This document shows, piece after piece, positions 22,893 to 31,209 of a stretch of 64,000 nt of DNA. Under the pieces are notes generated by a model. The model did no database searches, was not told the origin of the DNA, and worked only from the letters and a program-made list of their open reading frames with translations. The translations under genes and the position numbers were made by a program. Source of the stretch: an uncultured Candidatus Saccharibacteria bacterium. GTDB taxonomy: Bacteria > Patescibacteriota > Andersenbacteria > UBA10190. Each line of letters starts with the position of its first letter. Positions within the stretch are counted from its first letter, which is position 1. Location: assembly GCA_964371255.1 (NCBI GenBank), contig CAYJKV010000003.1, forward strand, positions 86,901-150,900, written 5' to 3'.

Positions 22893-23528
22893 ATGTCTAC
22901 TTCAAAGGGTTCGCAGTTGGCTCGTGGTGCCAGTATGGCCGCTGACGTCTGGCAGAAACTAGATCAGCGCGTGAAGGCACGCGGCGGCACCGACGAGGAC
23001 ATGTATCGCCTGGCCAACAAGGAAGGCGAGTGCATCCTCGACTTGGTCGCCGACCATCTCGTGAAGGTGGGAGCCGTTCATCGCAACCGCTACCCGGTCC
23101 AGTCCAAGCACAAGTCGCTCCAGGACGCGATTGCGGCGGGCAAGTACGACTACGTTAACGGCTACATCACCGCCGAGCATTTCAAGCTCGAGGGCGAGAT
23201 CGTCGTTGATACAAAGCTCGTGCTGTACCACCCGGATCGCGACATCGAGAGCGATGACGTGGTCAAGGAGCTGGATCAGATGGGACTGCGGCCTGCCACC
23301 TTGCAGGAGCTGTGCGCTTTCGGGGAGAAATACCCCAACATCCAGCGCGAATTCCCTTGTGTGGCTCTTGGTTCCGTCTGCGTGGTCTCGCTCGGCGACC
23401 GGAACGTCCCGTATCTCGGCTACTGGGGCGCTGGGCGCAGGCTCTACCTGAGCTGCTGGGATGATGTGTGGGGTCCGCGTTGCCGCTTCCTCGCCGCCCG
23501 CAAGCCTGCCTGTCCGGCAGGCAGGTAG
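22893..23528 (+). CDS. hypothetical protein encoded in a locally high-GC (about 60%+) segment
   Basis: RBS AAGGAG before the ATG. Strong GC3 bias distinct from flanking DNA. The antisense ORF 22959..23624 is the usual high-GC artefact. The gene ends inside the GCCTGCCTGTCCGGCAGGCAGG palindrome. Confidence 0.45.
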   Translation: MSTSKGSQLARGASMAADVWQKLDQRVKARGGTDEDMYRLANKEGECILDLVADHLVKVGAVHRNRYPVQSKHKSLQDAIAAGKYDYVNGYITAEHFKLEGEIVVDTKLVLYHPDRDIESDDVVKELDQMGLRPATLQELCAFGEKYPNIQREFPCVALGSVCVVSLGDRNVPYLGYWGAGRRLYLSCWDDVWGPRCRFLAARKPACPAGR

Positions 23529-24013
23529 CCCTTTGGTCCTTGGGCACTTGAGTCCTTTGTGCCCTTGGATCCTTTGCCTCGCAAAATCTTTTGATTTCGT
23601 GGGGCTTTTTAATTTGCGAAGCAAATTATCCCGTGTAGCCTTAGCGGAGTGGAACGCATGGGTTTTGCAATCAGGCAGTACTATATAGATACGGTGGAAT
23701 TGGAGTAAACAATGCGTGCCGCAGATTACGGCTTGCGGCGGTTATGCTCTGGGACTGGCCATGTTGCCAGAATCACGAAGGTCACGGCTTTCGTGAGCGT
23801 GCGTAAGTCAGTTCTCACATACTTTAGATACTTAGTGCAGAATACCGGGGGAATAAGTTCTTCGATAAACTCAGAGTGAAGGATCCTGAAGACTAGTACA
23901 GCCCAATGCGACTATTCGCGGGGCAGTGTTCGCGACTATTTACGACAGAAGTCTGGCGAGGGTTTCTTAGTTTATGGACTCCTTAGCTGTAAACTTGGCA
24001 CTAGGACAGCTAG

Positions 24014-24042
24014 TTGACATAAAGAGGTGAGTTAGCTAATAT
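24014..24042 (+). promoter_or_regulatory. sigma70-like promoter TTGACA-17-TAATAT
   Basis: Consensus -35 and near-consensus -10 with 17-bp spacer, about 50 nt upstream of the GTG start at 24095. Confidence 0.55.
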
Positions 24043-24094
24043 CGCTCACAGGTCATTTTGCACATTTCACCGCCAACAATATCGGAGGTTCTCA

Positions 24095-24655
24095 GTGAAG
24101 ACGCTGCCTATACACCCAAACTTTGCGCCAGAATTCGCCATTGGACAAACAGTCTGGTTCATTACCTCTGGACGAGAAGTAGAATCCGACCAAATCCGAA
24201 GCGTTTCCTTCAAATCAATGCGGTCAGACGGGCAGGAAAAATTGCTGTGCACCGGGTATCAGCTCAGTATGACGAACCCAGACGCAGTGGACGAAGAGAC
24301 TTTTTCGCCTCGTGATCTTTACAAGACAAAAGCTGTAGCGCAGCAACTTGCTGTGTGGCACTCAGTCGAAGGTATCCGTGAAGACGAGTGGCTCCAAGCT
24401 ATTGGAGACAGGGAGGAGGAAACGATTGAAGACTATGAGCTTGGCATATGTTGTACTGGCCTATCTGATGTCCGAGATCTTCTGACCCAATGCCAGCAGG
24501 ACGGCGGGCTCATTGAAAGAGATTGTCGTCGTATCACGGCGCTTCTTAAAGGCAGCGGGCACTCTGACAAACTGGACATTACCGACTGCCCAAAACCCAT
24601 ACTTATCAGGATATTTGAGCAACTTGGTGTTGTGTCTGCATCCCAAGAAACATAA
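24095..24655 (+). CDS. hypothetical protein (186 aa)
   Basis: GTG start with GGAGG RBS at -7. No recognised domain. Confidence 0.5.
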   Translation: MKTLPIHPNFAPEFAIGQTVWFITSGREVESDQIRSVSFKSMRSDGQEKLLCTGYQLSMTNPDAVDEETFSPRDLYKTKAVAQQLAVWHSVEGIREDEWLQAIGDREEETIEDYELGICCTGLSDVRDLLTQCQQDGGLIERDCRRITALLKGSGHSDKLDITDCPKPILIRIFEQLGVVSASQET

Positions 24656-24715
24656 AGTCGCTCAATCAAAACCAAATCATAGCCGCGTGAATATCCTTCA
24701 CGTGGTTTTTCTTAT

Positions 24716-24755
24716 CTTGATTCCAAGCACCCATTTGGTTAGGCAATGAAAACAG
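24716..24755. repeat. conserved non-coding box 1, copy a (TGATTCCAAGCACYCATTKGGTTAGG...)
   Basis: About 85% identical to 25333..25372. Confidence 0.5.
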
Positions 24756-24899
24756 CTCAATCCAGACTGGTAGCAAGGTAGCTCTTCGGCCCACCGCGCC
24801 AGTTGGCGGGGATGCCCCTGAGTTCTTCGAAGTACAATGAGATTTCTTTTAAGTTGGTCACTTGCGTGACCTGTTCTCGAGCCCAAAAGGTAAGAGAGT

Positions 24900-24945
24900 G
24901 TTGCCCGGCCGTCCATTGCTTTAGCGGCGAACGGGAATCAAAACC
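24900..24945. repeat. conserved non-coding box 2, copy a (TTGCCCKGCCGTCCATWGCTTTAGCGGCGAACGGGAATCAAA)
   Basis: About 90% identical to 25417..25462. Confidence 0.5.
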
Positions 24946-25093
24946 AAGAGAGGAGATAACTGTCTTTGCAAAGATTTATGATCGTTCCTTAAAGAGGATA
25001 GAAGAGTCCAAATTCTAATTCGGTTGATAATTAATGTAGTAAAAGTATAGTTTCTAAGTTGGTACCATCAATGTACTTTTCGGGAGACTCACC

Positions 25094-25276
25094 ATGGTTA
25101 GTCATGAAGGTTGGCGAAGTATTATCCGCGATGCTTGTGACTTACGAGAACTTCTATCTCATGGCGATGTTGTGAAAGGCATGAAATTTCCTATACTGGA
25201 CTCACTCACTCCACAGCGCCACGAAAAACAGGAGTCAAGGCAGTCATCGGAACGAAGAGATGTTCCCCAAGCCTAA
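25094..25276 (+). CDS. small hypothetical protein (60 aa) between the duplicated boxes
   Basis: GGGAG RBS. Followed by a canonical terminator. Confidence 0.3.
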   Translation: MVSHEGWRSIIRDACDLRELLSHGDVVKGMKFPILDSLTPQRHEKQESRQSSERRDVPQA

Positions 25277-25299
25277 TAGGGTTAACTGGACCAAGACAA

Positions 25300-25332
25300 C
25301 CGCCGCCACTTAAAAACAAGAGGCGGCTTTTT
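25300..25332 (+). terminator. Rho-independent terminator
   Basis: ccgccgcc-loop-ggcggc followed by TTTTT. Confidence 0.6.
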
Positions 25333-25372
25333 ATGATTCCAAGCACTCATTGGGTTAGGAGAATAGAAATAG
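25333..25372. repeat. conserved non-coding box 1, copy b
   Basis: See 24716. Confidence 0.5.
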
Positions 25373-25416
25373 CTGCATAAAAAAAGCAATTTTGATATCC
25401 AATAGGTTAGAGAAAA

Positions 25417-25462
25417 TTGCCCTGCCGTCCATAGCTTTAGCGGCGAACGGGAATCAAATCAA
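25417..25462. repeat. conserved non-coding box 2, copy b
   Basis: See 24900. Confidence 0.5.
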
Positions 25463-25630
25463 GGGATTTGCCGTCATTTACTAACGTTCTCTGGTTAGAC
25501 CGGATGCTGTATCACCATAAAATGATATCTTTAGTGCTTCTGCCGATAAAAAGTTTGGAACCATAAAAAATAGCTCCGGAGAGTTAGTAACCCATCGGAG
25601 CTCTTGAGGGTAATGGCGATCGGTAGCACT

Positions 25631-26353
25631 TCAACCGTGAGGAAAAAGAAATCGCGCGGCGCGCTTGGCTTCTACGAGGGTTACTTTTTCATCCGGCCCT
25701 ACCAACCGCTCACTACGAGAGAGATCGACGACACGTCCTTCACTGATCATTCCTAGCGTTTCGATCTGCACTTGATGCTCAACCGGCAGAACTCGCTGTT
25801 GAAGATCGGTTGTATCATCGTCCGGTGCAATCTCGATCGTTTGCCTGTGAATGACAGCACCCCGATCAAACTCCGGGGACACGAATTGAGCGATGGCTTC
25901 CGTCCAGTAGTCACGCTTGGTAGCTCGGACAAAGTAAAGCCGTGCTGCGTGAACGCGCTTGCCGTACATACCTTTGCCACCGAAATCGGGATACCCCGGA
26001 TCAAGTGGACCGGGATGTTGGTTGATCATCCGTCCAGAGAAGGCCTCAATAACGTTGGCCGGCGTCTTGGGCATCCAGCCATACTGGCCGATCCAATCCG
26101 CATGATATTCCCGACAGATGTTCAGGATATGATCACCGAACTCATCAGGGGAGTCGTACCATTGTGGCAGTGCCAATATTGCGTGAACACCGGCAGTCTG
26201 AACCCGTTGAATGCCTGCGGCCTTTTCATTGCTGCACAGCACACAGGCTGGTTCAACATGTTGTAAGCGGCCACTTTGACAGGCGCGTATAATCTCGAGA
26301 GCAGTTGTGCCGCCACCTGATATAAGTAGCAAAAGGCGAAGTTTGTCCGACAT
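25631..26353 (-). CDS. PurN-like formyltransferase (GAR transformylase family), divergent
   Basis: LLISGGGTTALEIIRACQSG (VLISGRGSNMEAIVRAC in PurN) and NQHPGPLDP (NIHPSLLP). C-terminal extension. Active-site region differs from canonical PurN. Confidence 0.6.
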   Translation of the reverse strand: MSDKLRLLLLISGGGTTALEIIRACQSGRLQHVEPACVLCSNEKAAGIQRVQTAGVHAILALPQWYDSPDEFGDHILNICREYHADWIGQYGWMPKTPANVIEAFSGRMINQHPGPLDPGYPDFGGKGMYGKRVHAARLYFVRATKRDYWTEAIAQFVSPEFDRGAVIHRQTIEIAPDDDTTDLQQRVLPVEHQVQIETLGMISEGRVVDLSRSERLVGPDEKVTLVEAKRAARFLFPHG

Positions 26354-26649
26354 GGTTATCTCCTTGGTTTGCGCAATGTACGGTCGTTATCGAACTAGAA
26401 CACCCAGTTCAGCGTCGTTGGAACATAGCACGGCGAAATACCCGAGGCAAAACCAAATGGTGACGAGCCGCGTGATTAGTGCTAAATTGCCTCGATGCAA
26501 CAGAGATGGATAAAGGTGCAAGTACAATCAATTTAAACCGTGCCGAATTTGCGAATTTATTTCGCAAACTGAGGCCACCTTGTGGGAAAGGAGCAGCGAA
26601 ACGAAGTGAAGCGATGAGGAAAGGGATACGTCCCTTCCCTCATTACGTG

Positions 26650-26722
26650 TCCAGCGGGTAGGAGTTGAACCTACTTAAAAGGGTTTTACAGACCCTCGCC
26701 TCAGCCGTTCGGCCACCGCTGG
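26650..26722 (-). tRNA. tRNA-Tyr (GTA), class I (5-nt variable loop), C1:G72 acceptor pair
   Basis: Manual fold: acceptor CCAGCGG/CCGCTGG, anticodon stem AGGGT/ACCCT, loop CTGTAAA, T-arm GTAGG-TTCAACT-CCTAC, variable loop TTTAA. Confidence 0.7.
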
Positions 26723-26987
26723 TATAAATCTAACGGTTAATCTAATTGACTGTATGATATTAATATTCTACCGTACAATGTCAACTATACCAGTTATTGC
26801 TGATTTGTACCGGTCTTTGAAAATTGACATTTGTCCCAAAGGAATCCCTTAGGGAAAAATTTCTTCATATGCCACCTTAGCTTCCCACTTCGCCCTCGCA
26901 TTCTCTCAGGGCTTCGCGGGACGAGCGTACGTTAAATAACGTACCTCTCGCCCAACGAAGTTCTGCTGGAAAGCAGAACAAAGTTAG

Positions 26988-27059
26988 GCCACCTTAGCTC
27001 AGCGGTAGAGCAGGGCTTTTGTAAAGCTCAGGTCGTCGGTTCAAGTCCGACAGGTGGCT
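26988..27059 (+). tRNA. tRNA-Thr (TGT)
   Basis: Manual fold: acceptor GCCACCT/AGGTGGC, D-arm GCTC-AGCGGTA-GAGC, anticodon loop TTTGTAA, T-arm GTCGG-TTCAAGT-CCGAC. Confidence 0.75.
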
Positions 27060-27212
27060 CAAAGCTATTACTCAATAAACTTCTGGAGACCCAGTATATT
27101 TCAAAACTGAAACGACAGTTAGCAATAAGCTGGACAAAAATCCAGCTGTTTGTATATTATCTGTCACGTTGTTCGTTTTACTTAAGAGCCTCTAATTGAC
27201 GGAGATACTACC

Positions 27213-27641
27213 ATGGACAAAGCGAGGATCATCGCTACCAATGAGCAAGCCGTCCTTCTCGCGACTAGCTTGATGGACATTGCCCAGCAAACAGGCCTTG
27301 AAATTACCATCACCATTCCACCTCAAACGGAACCTTCGGCAGAGGTAGAAACCGAGCGCCACGACCGCACCATATTAGAAAACAAAAGAATAGATCTGGC
27401 ATGGTTAGAGGCGCGATTAACTCAATACCCAGACGAGATGGCTCGATTACGAAACCATTACGTGGCCGTGTTCAATAAACAAGTCGTCTCCATCGGTCAC
27501 AATGAGGAGCTTGTCTTGCTTGGTGCTGCCGCCTCCTTGGACGTGATGCCCGACGAAATCCTTGTCGTCCCTGTGCAAGTTGATGGCACCGACTCAGATG
27601 AGCACTGGCTCAACGTTAAACGACGGCTGGAAATTGCCTAG
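27213..27641 (+). CDS. hypothetical protein with DUF5678-like C-terminal region
   Basis: C-terminal HYVAVFNKQVVSIGHNEELVLLGAAA resembles the DUF5678 core. No other recognisable motif. Confidence 0.45.
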   Translation: MDKARIIATNEQAVLLATSLMDIAQQTGLEITITIPPQTEPSAEVETERHDRTILENKRIDLAWLEARLTQYPDEMARLRNHYVAVFNKQVVSIGHNEELVLLGAAASLDVMPDEILVVPVQVDGTDSDEHWLNVKRRLEIA

Positions 27642-27720
27642 GGAAAGACCGGGCCCCCCACCATAGCCTAAAAACTATGGTGATTTTTATTTATTCACAA
27701 AATAACCTATCGTTATTTGT

Positions 27721-28839
27721 ATGACAGACAAAACAGCTATCATTAATCGCTTAATAAAAAATAGCGCCGAGATCATCACCGAAGATGAATTTCTCGAGCG
27801 CCTCGAGTCCGGCAATCAACTGACCCATTATATTGGATTTGAAATTTCCGGCTATGTCCATATCGGGCAGGGGATTATGGGCGCGTTGGTCATGAAAGAT
27901 TTGACGGATGTAGGTGTAAAGTGCACCGTCTGGCTGGCCGATTGGCACACCTGGATCAATGAAAAACTGGATGGGACCAAAGAAACCGCTGCGGCTATCG
28001 GTCGGGGCTATTTTACTGAAGCCATCAAAGCTGCCTACCTCGCGGTGGGCGGTAATCCAGCTGATTTAGAATTTCGTCTAGCCAGTGATTGGTACCAGCA
28101 AAATCCAATGGCATACTGGGAAACAGTGCTTGGTGTGATGAACCACACTACGGAGGCTCGTCTGATGCGAAGTATCAGTATTATGGGCCGTCAGGAGGGG
28201 AGTGAGATCGAGGGGGCTAAACTTATGTACCCGGCCATGCAAGTTGCTGATATATTTTTTCAAAAGGTAGATATCGCGCACGCCGGTATGGATCAACGCA
28301 AGGCCCACGTTGTTATGCGGGATGTCGCACCTAAAGTATATCCAGACCAACCTAAACCCATCGCTCTGCACCACCCATTATTGATCGGTCTTAAAAAACC
28401 AGCAACGTGGCCAATACCCGTCGGTACCGCCCAAAAAGATGTCATTATAGAAATGAAGATGAGTAAATCGGATCCTAATTCTGCCATCTGGGTTCATGAC
28501 ACGCCGGATGAAATTTCTAAAAAAGTTAATCAGGCATTTTGCCCCGAAAAGGAAATAGATTTTAACCCCATTCTCAATTGGATCGGCCATATCCTCTGGT
28601 GGGATCGGCAGACACCTTTTCGTATCGAGCGTAAGCCGGAACATGGCGGGGGAGTGGAATACGCTTCTTATGAGGCATTAGAACAAGCCTACGCTGCCGG
28701 TGATATTCATCCCATGGATTTAAAAGCCGCCGTTGCCAAAGAGCTAATTACTTTATTGGAACCGGCGCGTGCCCATTTCGCTAAGCCGGACGTAGCTGCC
28801 AAAAAATCCGAACTCGACAACCTCCTGCAAAAAAAGTAA
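27721..28839 (+). CDS. tyrS: tyrosyl-tRNA synthetase, archaeal/eukaryal type (no S4 domain)
   Basis: Collinear with the M. jannaschii TyrRS signature regions: SAEIITEDEF, HYIGFEISGYVHIGQ (YIGFEPSGKIHLGH), KMSKSDPNSAIWVHDTPDEI (KMSSSKGNFIAVDDSPEEI), HPMDLKAAVAKELITLLEP (HPMDLKNAVAEELIKILEP). Confidence 0.85.
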   Translation: MTDKTAIINRLIKNSAEIITEDEFLERLESGNQLTHYIGFEISGYVHIGQGIMGALVMKDLTDVGVKCTVWLADWHTWINEKLDGTKETAAAIGRGYFTEAIKAAYLAVGGNPADLEFRLASDWYQQNPMAYWETVLGVMNHTTEARLMRSISIMGRQEGSEIEGAKLMYPAMQVADIFFQKVDIAHAGMDQRKAHVVMRDVAPKVYPDQPKPIALHHPLLIGLKKPATWPIPVGTAQKDVIIEMKMSKSDPNSAIWVHDTPDEISKKVNQAFCPEKEIDFNPILNWIGHILWWDRQTPFRIERKPEHGGGVEYASYEALEQAYAAGDIHPMDLKAAVAKELITLLEPARAHFAKPDVAAKKSELDNLLQKK

Positions 28840-28874
28840 CTTTAATATCGTCCCGCCCGCGGGATTTCCCCTTT

Positions 28875-28893
28875 GTCCACACCTGGTGTGGAC
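28875..28893. promoter_or_regulatory. near-perfect 9+9 palindrome GTCCACACC-N-GGTGTGGAC between tyrS and tRNA-Thr
   Basis: Seen directly. No T-run follows, so it is not a canonical terminator. Confidence 0.3.
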
Positions 28894-28908
28894 ATGAGGG
28901 ATTAATTA

Positions 28909-28980
28909 GCCGATGTAGCTCAGTGGTAGAGCAACTCCATGGTAAGGAGTAGGTCGTGGGTTCAATTCCCACCATCGGCT
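28909..28980 (+). tRNA. tRNA-Thr (GGT)
   Basis: Manual fold: acceptor GCCGATG/CATCGGC, D-arm GCTC-AGTGGTA-GAGC, anticodon stem ACTCC/GGAGT, loop ATGGTAA, T-arm GTGGG-TTCAATT-CCCAC. Confidence 0.75.
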
Positions 28981-29092
28981 CAAAATTTCTTATTATCCAA
29001 TACCATTATGGATGCCGCGCGGCAAATAAATGAGCGCTACTGACCGATTTCTGCTTTCTTCATTTTACGTCCGGGCTTCTTCAAATTACTCT

Positions 29093-30622
29093 GCAAGGAT
29101 GTCATTCAAATCATTCTTTGTCTTAATAATCCTCCTGGTGCTCTTGTCCGCTATTGTCTGGAAAATCAGTGACAATCATTTCCAAACGGCAGTAACCGAT
29201 TCCGCAACCACGCCGTCAGTCGCACCAAAACCAGTGGCGCCCATACCTAATTTTACAGTTATCGCCCTGCAAGTAGCGGCGGATAATCGACGCGTTATAA
29301 ACTGTCTGCGCAACAATTGCCAGCCCTTGCCCGCCGTCGACGCCTCCATCTCTGCGGCCGTGACTGACGGACAGTCCTGGTATCACTACCAATCCGTCAC
29401 CGACGATGATTCAGTCCAGAAGATTTTACAGCTCAAACGCACCTGGATCAATCAAAACAAAAGTGATCTGGTTATAGAGCAAACCCGCCTGGTAAAACCT
29501 CGCGGGTTATATATCAGTCCCGATGCCACAAAAGTAGCGTTCTGGTTGGACAATATCAGTGAGCCAAGTAAGAACCTCACTGAGCTGTGGCTCTATGATG
29601 CGGATAGCCAGAGCACCAAACTGATCGCGGAAAAATTAAACACCAGCAGCGTCATTACCGAACCGCGCTGGAACCGAGCTTCCACTCACCTTTGGTTTCT
29701 TGGCGATACTGCTTCGGCGGATAAAAAAACATCCGTCGCTCTGCACCTGGTTGCCATTCAGCCGCCATCATTTGATATCGCTTTCAGCAATATCGAGTGG
29801 CAGCCTATGGTTGACTCCGTCCCAATCAACCCCCTAGACATGGATCCCACCGGCCAATCAATTGCCTACGTAAAACCAAAAGCCAACAAAACAATGCTCC
29901 ATATCCAACGTAATCCCCAAACGATAGATATCACTACTCTATCGGGCACCGTTCCTTATCTTCAATGGCTGCCGGATGGGACGCTGATCTATGCCGTCCA
30001 AACCCGGTTTTCATTTACCTTCTGGCAAGTCAAAGGATCCATCCACAAACATATAGCTAAATATCAGGGTGTGTTTCAATCGGCTCGTTCAGATGCGGCT
30101 GGCCATTTCATCCTTTTTAATACTCGGCCATCCGCTCAGGTCGGACAGGTTTATGCGCTGGATGTGGCTACCGGCCGCATAGCGCACCAATCACTTTTAC
30201 CGAGCTATGGCGACCAGACTTTCTTAATTCATTTTAGGTTAGACGAGGCTGCTCAAACTGATAGTCCGGACATAACTGCGCCGATAGACGATGAGCAGGT
30301 AGCTGCTTTCCTTGATAAATATATCACCTCTATTGCCGAAGCAGACGCGAAACCACAGCGTTTTATTACCACCGACCAGCTCAATACTGTCTGGTTTGAT
30401 TACCGCGTTCCGGCCGGCGACAAGAAGCGTCTTCTTATCACAATTAAAGATGTTATTCATGCCGAATGGTCTATCAGCGCTCGTTACAAAGAAGCGGCGG
30501 GGGAATGGCTGCTGGAGCAGGGGAATGTTCTCCACCCACCGCAAGCCAGGCGTGTCTATGAATGGGAAGAAGATCCCGCGCAGTGGATATTAAAAGAGAC
30601 GCTAAGCAACAGCGCGCCATAG
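29093..30622 (+). CDS. hypothetical secreted/membrane-anchored protein (about 510 aa)
   Basis: N-terminal signal anchor MSFKSFFVLIILLVLLSAIVW. Start taken at the internal ATG, which has a better RBS than 29030. Confidence 0.55.
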   Translation, partial: ARMSFKSFFVLIILLVLLSAIVWKISDNHFQTAVTDSATTPSVAPKPVAPIPNFTVIALQVAADNRRVINCLRNNCQPLPAVDASISAAVTDGQSWYHYQSVTDDDSVQKILQLKRTWINQNKSDLVIEQTRLVKPRGLYISPDATKVAFWLDNISEPSKNLTELWLYDADSQSTKLIAEKLNTSSVITEPRWNRASTHLWFLGDTASADKKTSVALHLVAIQPPSFDIAFSNIEWQPMVDSVPINPLDMDPTGQSIAYVKPKANKTMLHIQRNPQTIDITTLSGTVPYLQWLPDGTLIYAVQTRFSFTFWQVKGSIHKHIAKYQGVFQSARSDAAGHFILFNTRPSAQVGQVYALDVATGRIAHQSLLPSYGDQTFLIHFRLDEAAQTDSPDITAPIDDEQVAAFLDKYITSIAEADAKPQRFITTDQLNTVWFDYRVPAGDKKRLLITIKDVIHAEWSISARYKEAAGEWLLEQGNVLHPPQARRVYEWEEDPAQWILKETLSNSAP

Positions 30623-30732
30623 CTGTTACTGTCAAAAGCCATTCCTACTACACAGCACAATATTTTGACAAAAATGGATATTTCAGCTTAAATTGAGAAA
30701 CTAATCAGTGCTAACTAATATCTATTATTGCT

Positions 30733-30897
30733 ATGAGCCAAGATACCCTTATTCGCTTACAGTGTACCGAGTGCAAATCGTTCAATTATCACACCCACCG
30801 CAATCTAAAACGCCAGGACAGTACCAAGCTGGAATTGCAGAAATTCTGTAAAAAGTGCCGTAAACATACAGCGCACAAAGAAAAAGCCAAGAAATAG
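30733..30897 (+). CDS. rpmG: 50S ribosomal protein L33
   Basis: 54-aa [57 protein letters not shown], the L33 zinc-ribbon signature. Below the 60-aa ORF-track cutoff. Confidence 0.8.
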   Translation: MSQDTLIRLQCTECKSFNYHTHRNLKRQDSTKLELQKFCKKCRKHTAHKEKAKK

Positions 30898-30910
30898 TAC
30901 TTCAATATAT

Positions 30911-30992
30911 CCTAGGTGCGAAAAACCTCTTGGTCTGACGGGTTGGAAGAAGACCGCAAAATAAACATTTCCCTCGCACCTAGGATTTTTTT
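30911..30992 (+). terminator. large structured terminator/sRNA-like element after rpmG
   Basis: 11-bp long-range helix CCTAGGTGCGA...TCGCACCTAGG encloses an inner hairpin GGTCT...AGACC and is followed by TTTTTTTT. Confidence 0.5.
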
Positions 30993-31035
30993 GACTGGTT
31001 GTTATTGATTGTTCTGTGTAATAATCAAAAAACAC

Positions 31036-31106
31036 GGGGGTGTGGTCTAGTGGTATGATCTTCCTCTCCAAAAGGAAAGACGGGGGTTCGATTCCCTCCA
31101 CCCCTG
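31036..31106 (+). tRNA. tRNA-Trp (CCA)
   Basis: Manual fold: anticodon stem TTCCT/AGGAA, loop CTCCAAA, T-arm GGGGG-TTCGATT-CCCTC, acceptor GGGGGTG/CACCCCT. The D-arm is slightly atypical. Confidence 0.65.
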
Positions 31107-31112
31107 CGTAAA

Positions 31113-31209
31113 AACCGAGGCCTTTAAGGACGAGGATTTGAAGCAGTGTCGCGTGATTGCCAGCAGGCAATTTTACGCGACTGCCCTCAAAATAATAAGG
31201 CCTCGGCTC
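31113..31209 (+). ncRNA. structured element immediately 3' of tRNA-Trp (nested hairpins), function unknown
   Basis: Outer 11-bp helix ACCGAGGCCTT...AAGGCCTCGGCT enclosing CAGTGTCGCGT...ACGCGACTG and TTGCC...GGCAA. Confidence 0.35.

Noticed and set aside
22959-23624. 221-aa minus-strand ORF
   Set aside because: It is antisense to the high-GC ORF. Long antisense frames are expected at 60%+ GC, and the plus-strand ORF has the RBS.
28781-28975. 64-aa ORF (MVGIEPTTYSLPWS...)
   Set aside because: It is antisense to tRNA-Thr(GGT). The IEPTT peptide is the classic translation of a tRNA T-arm.
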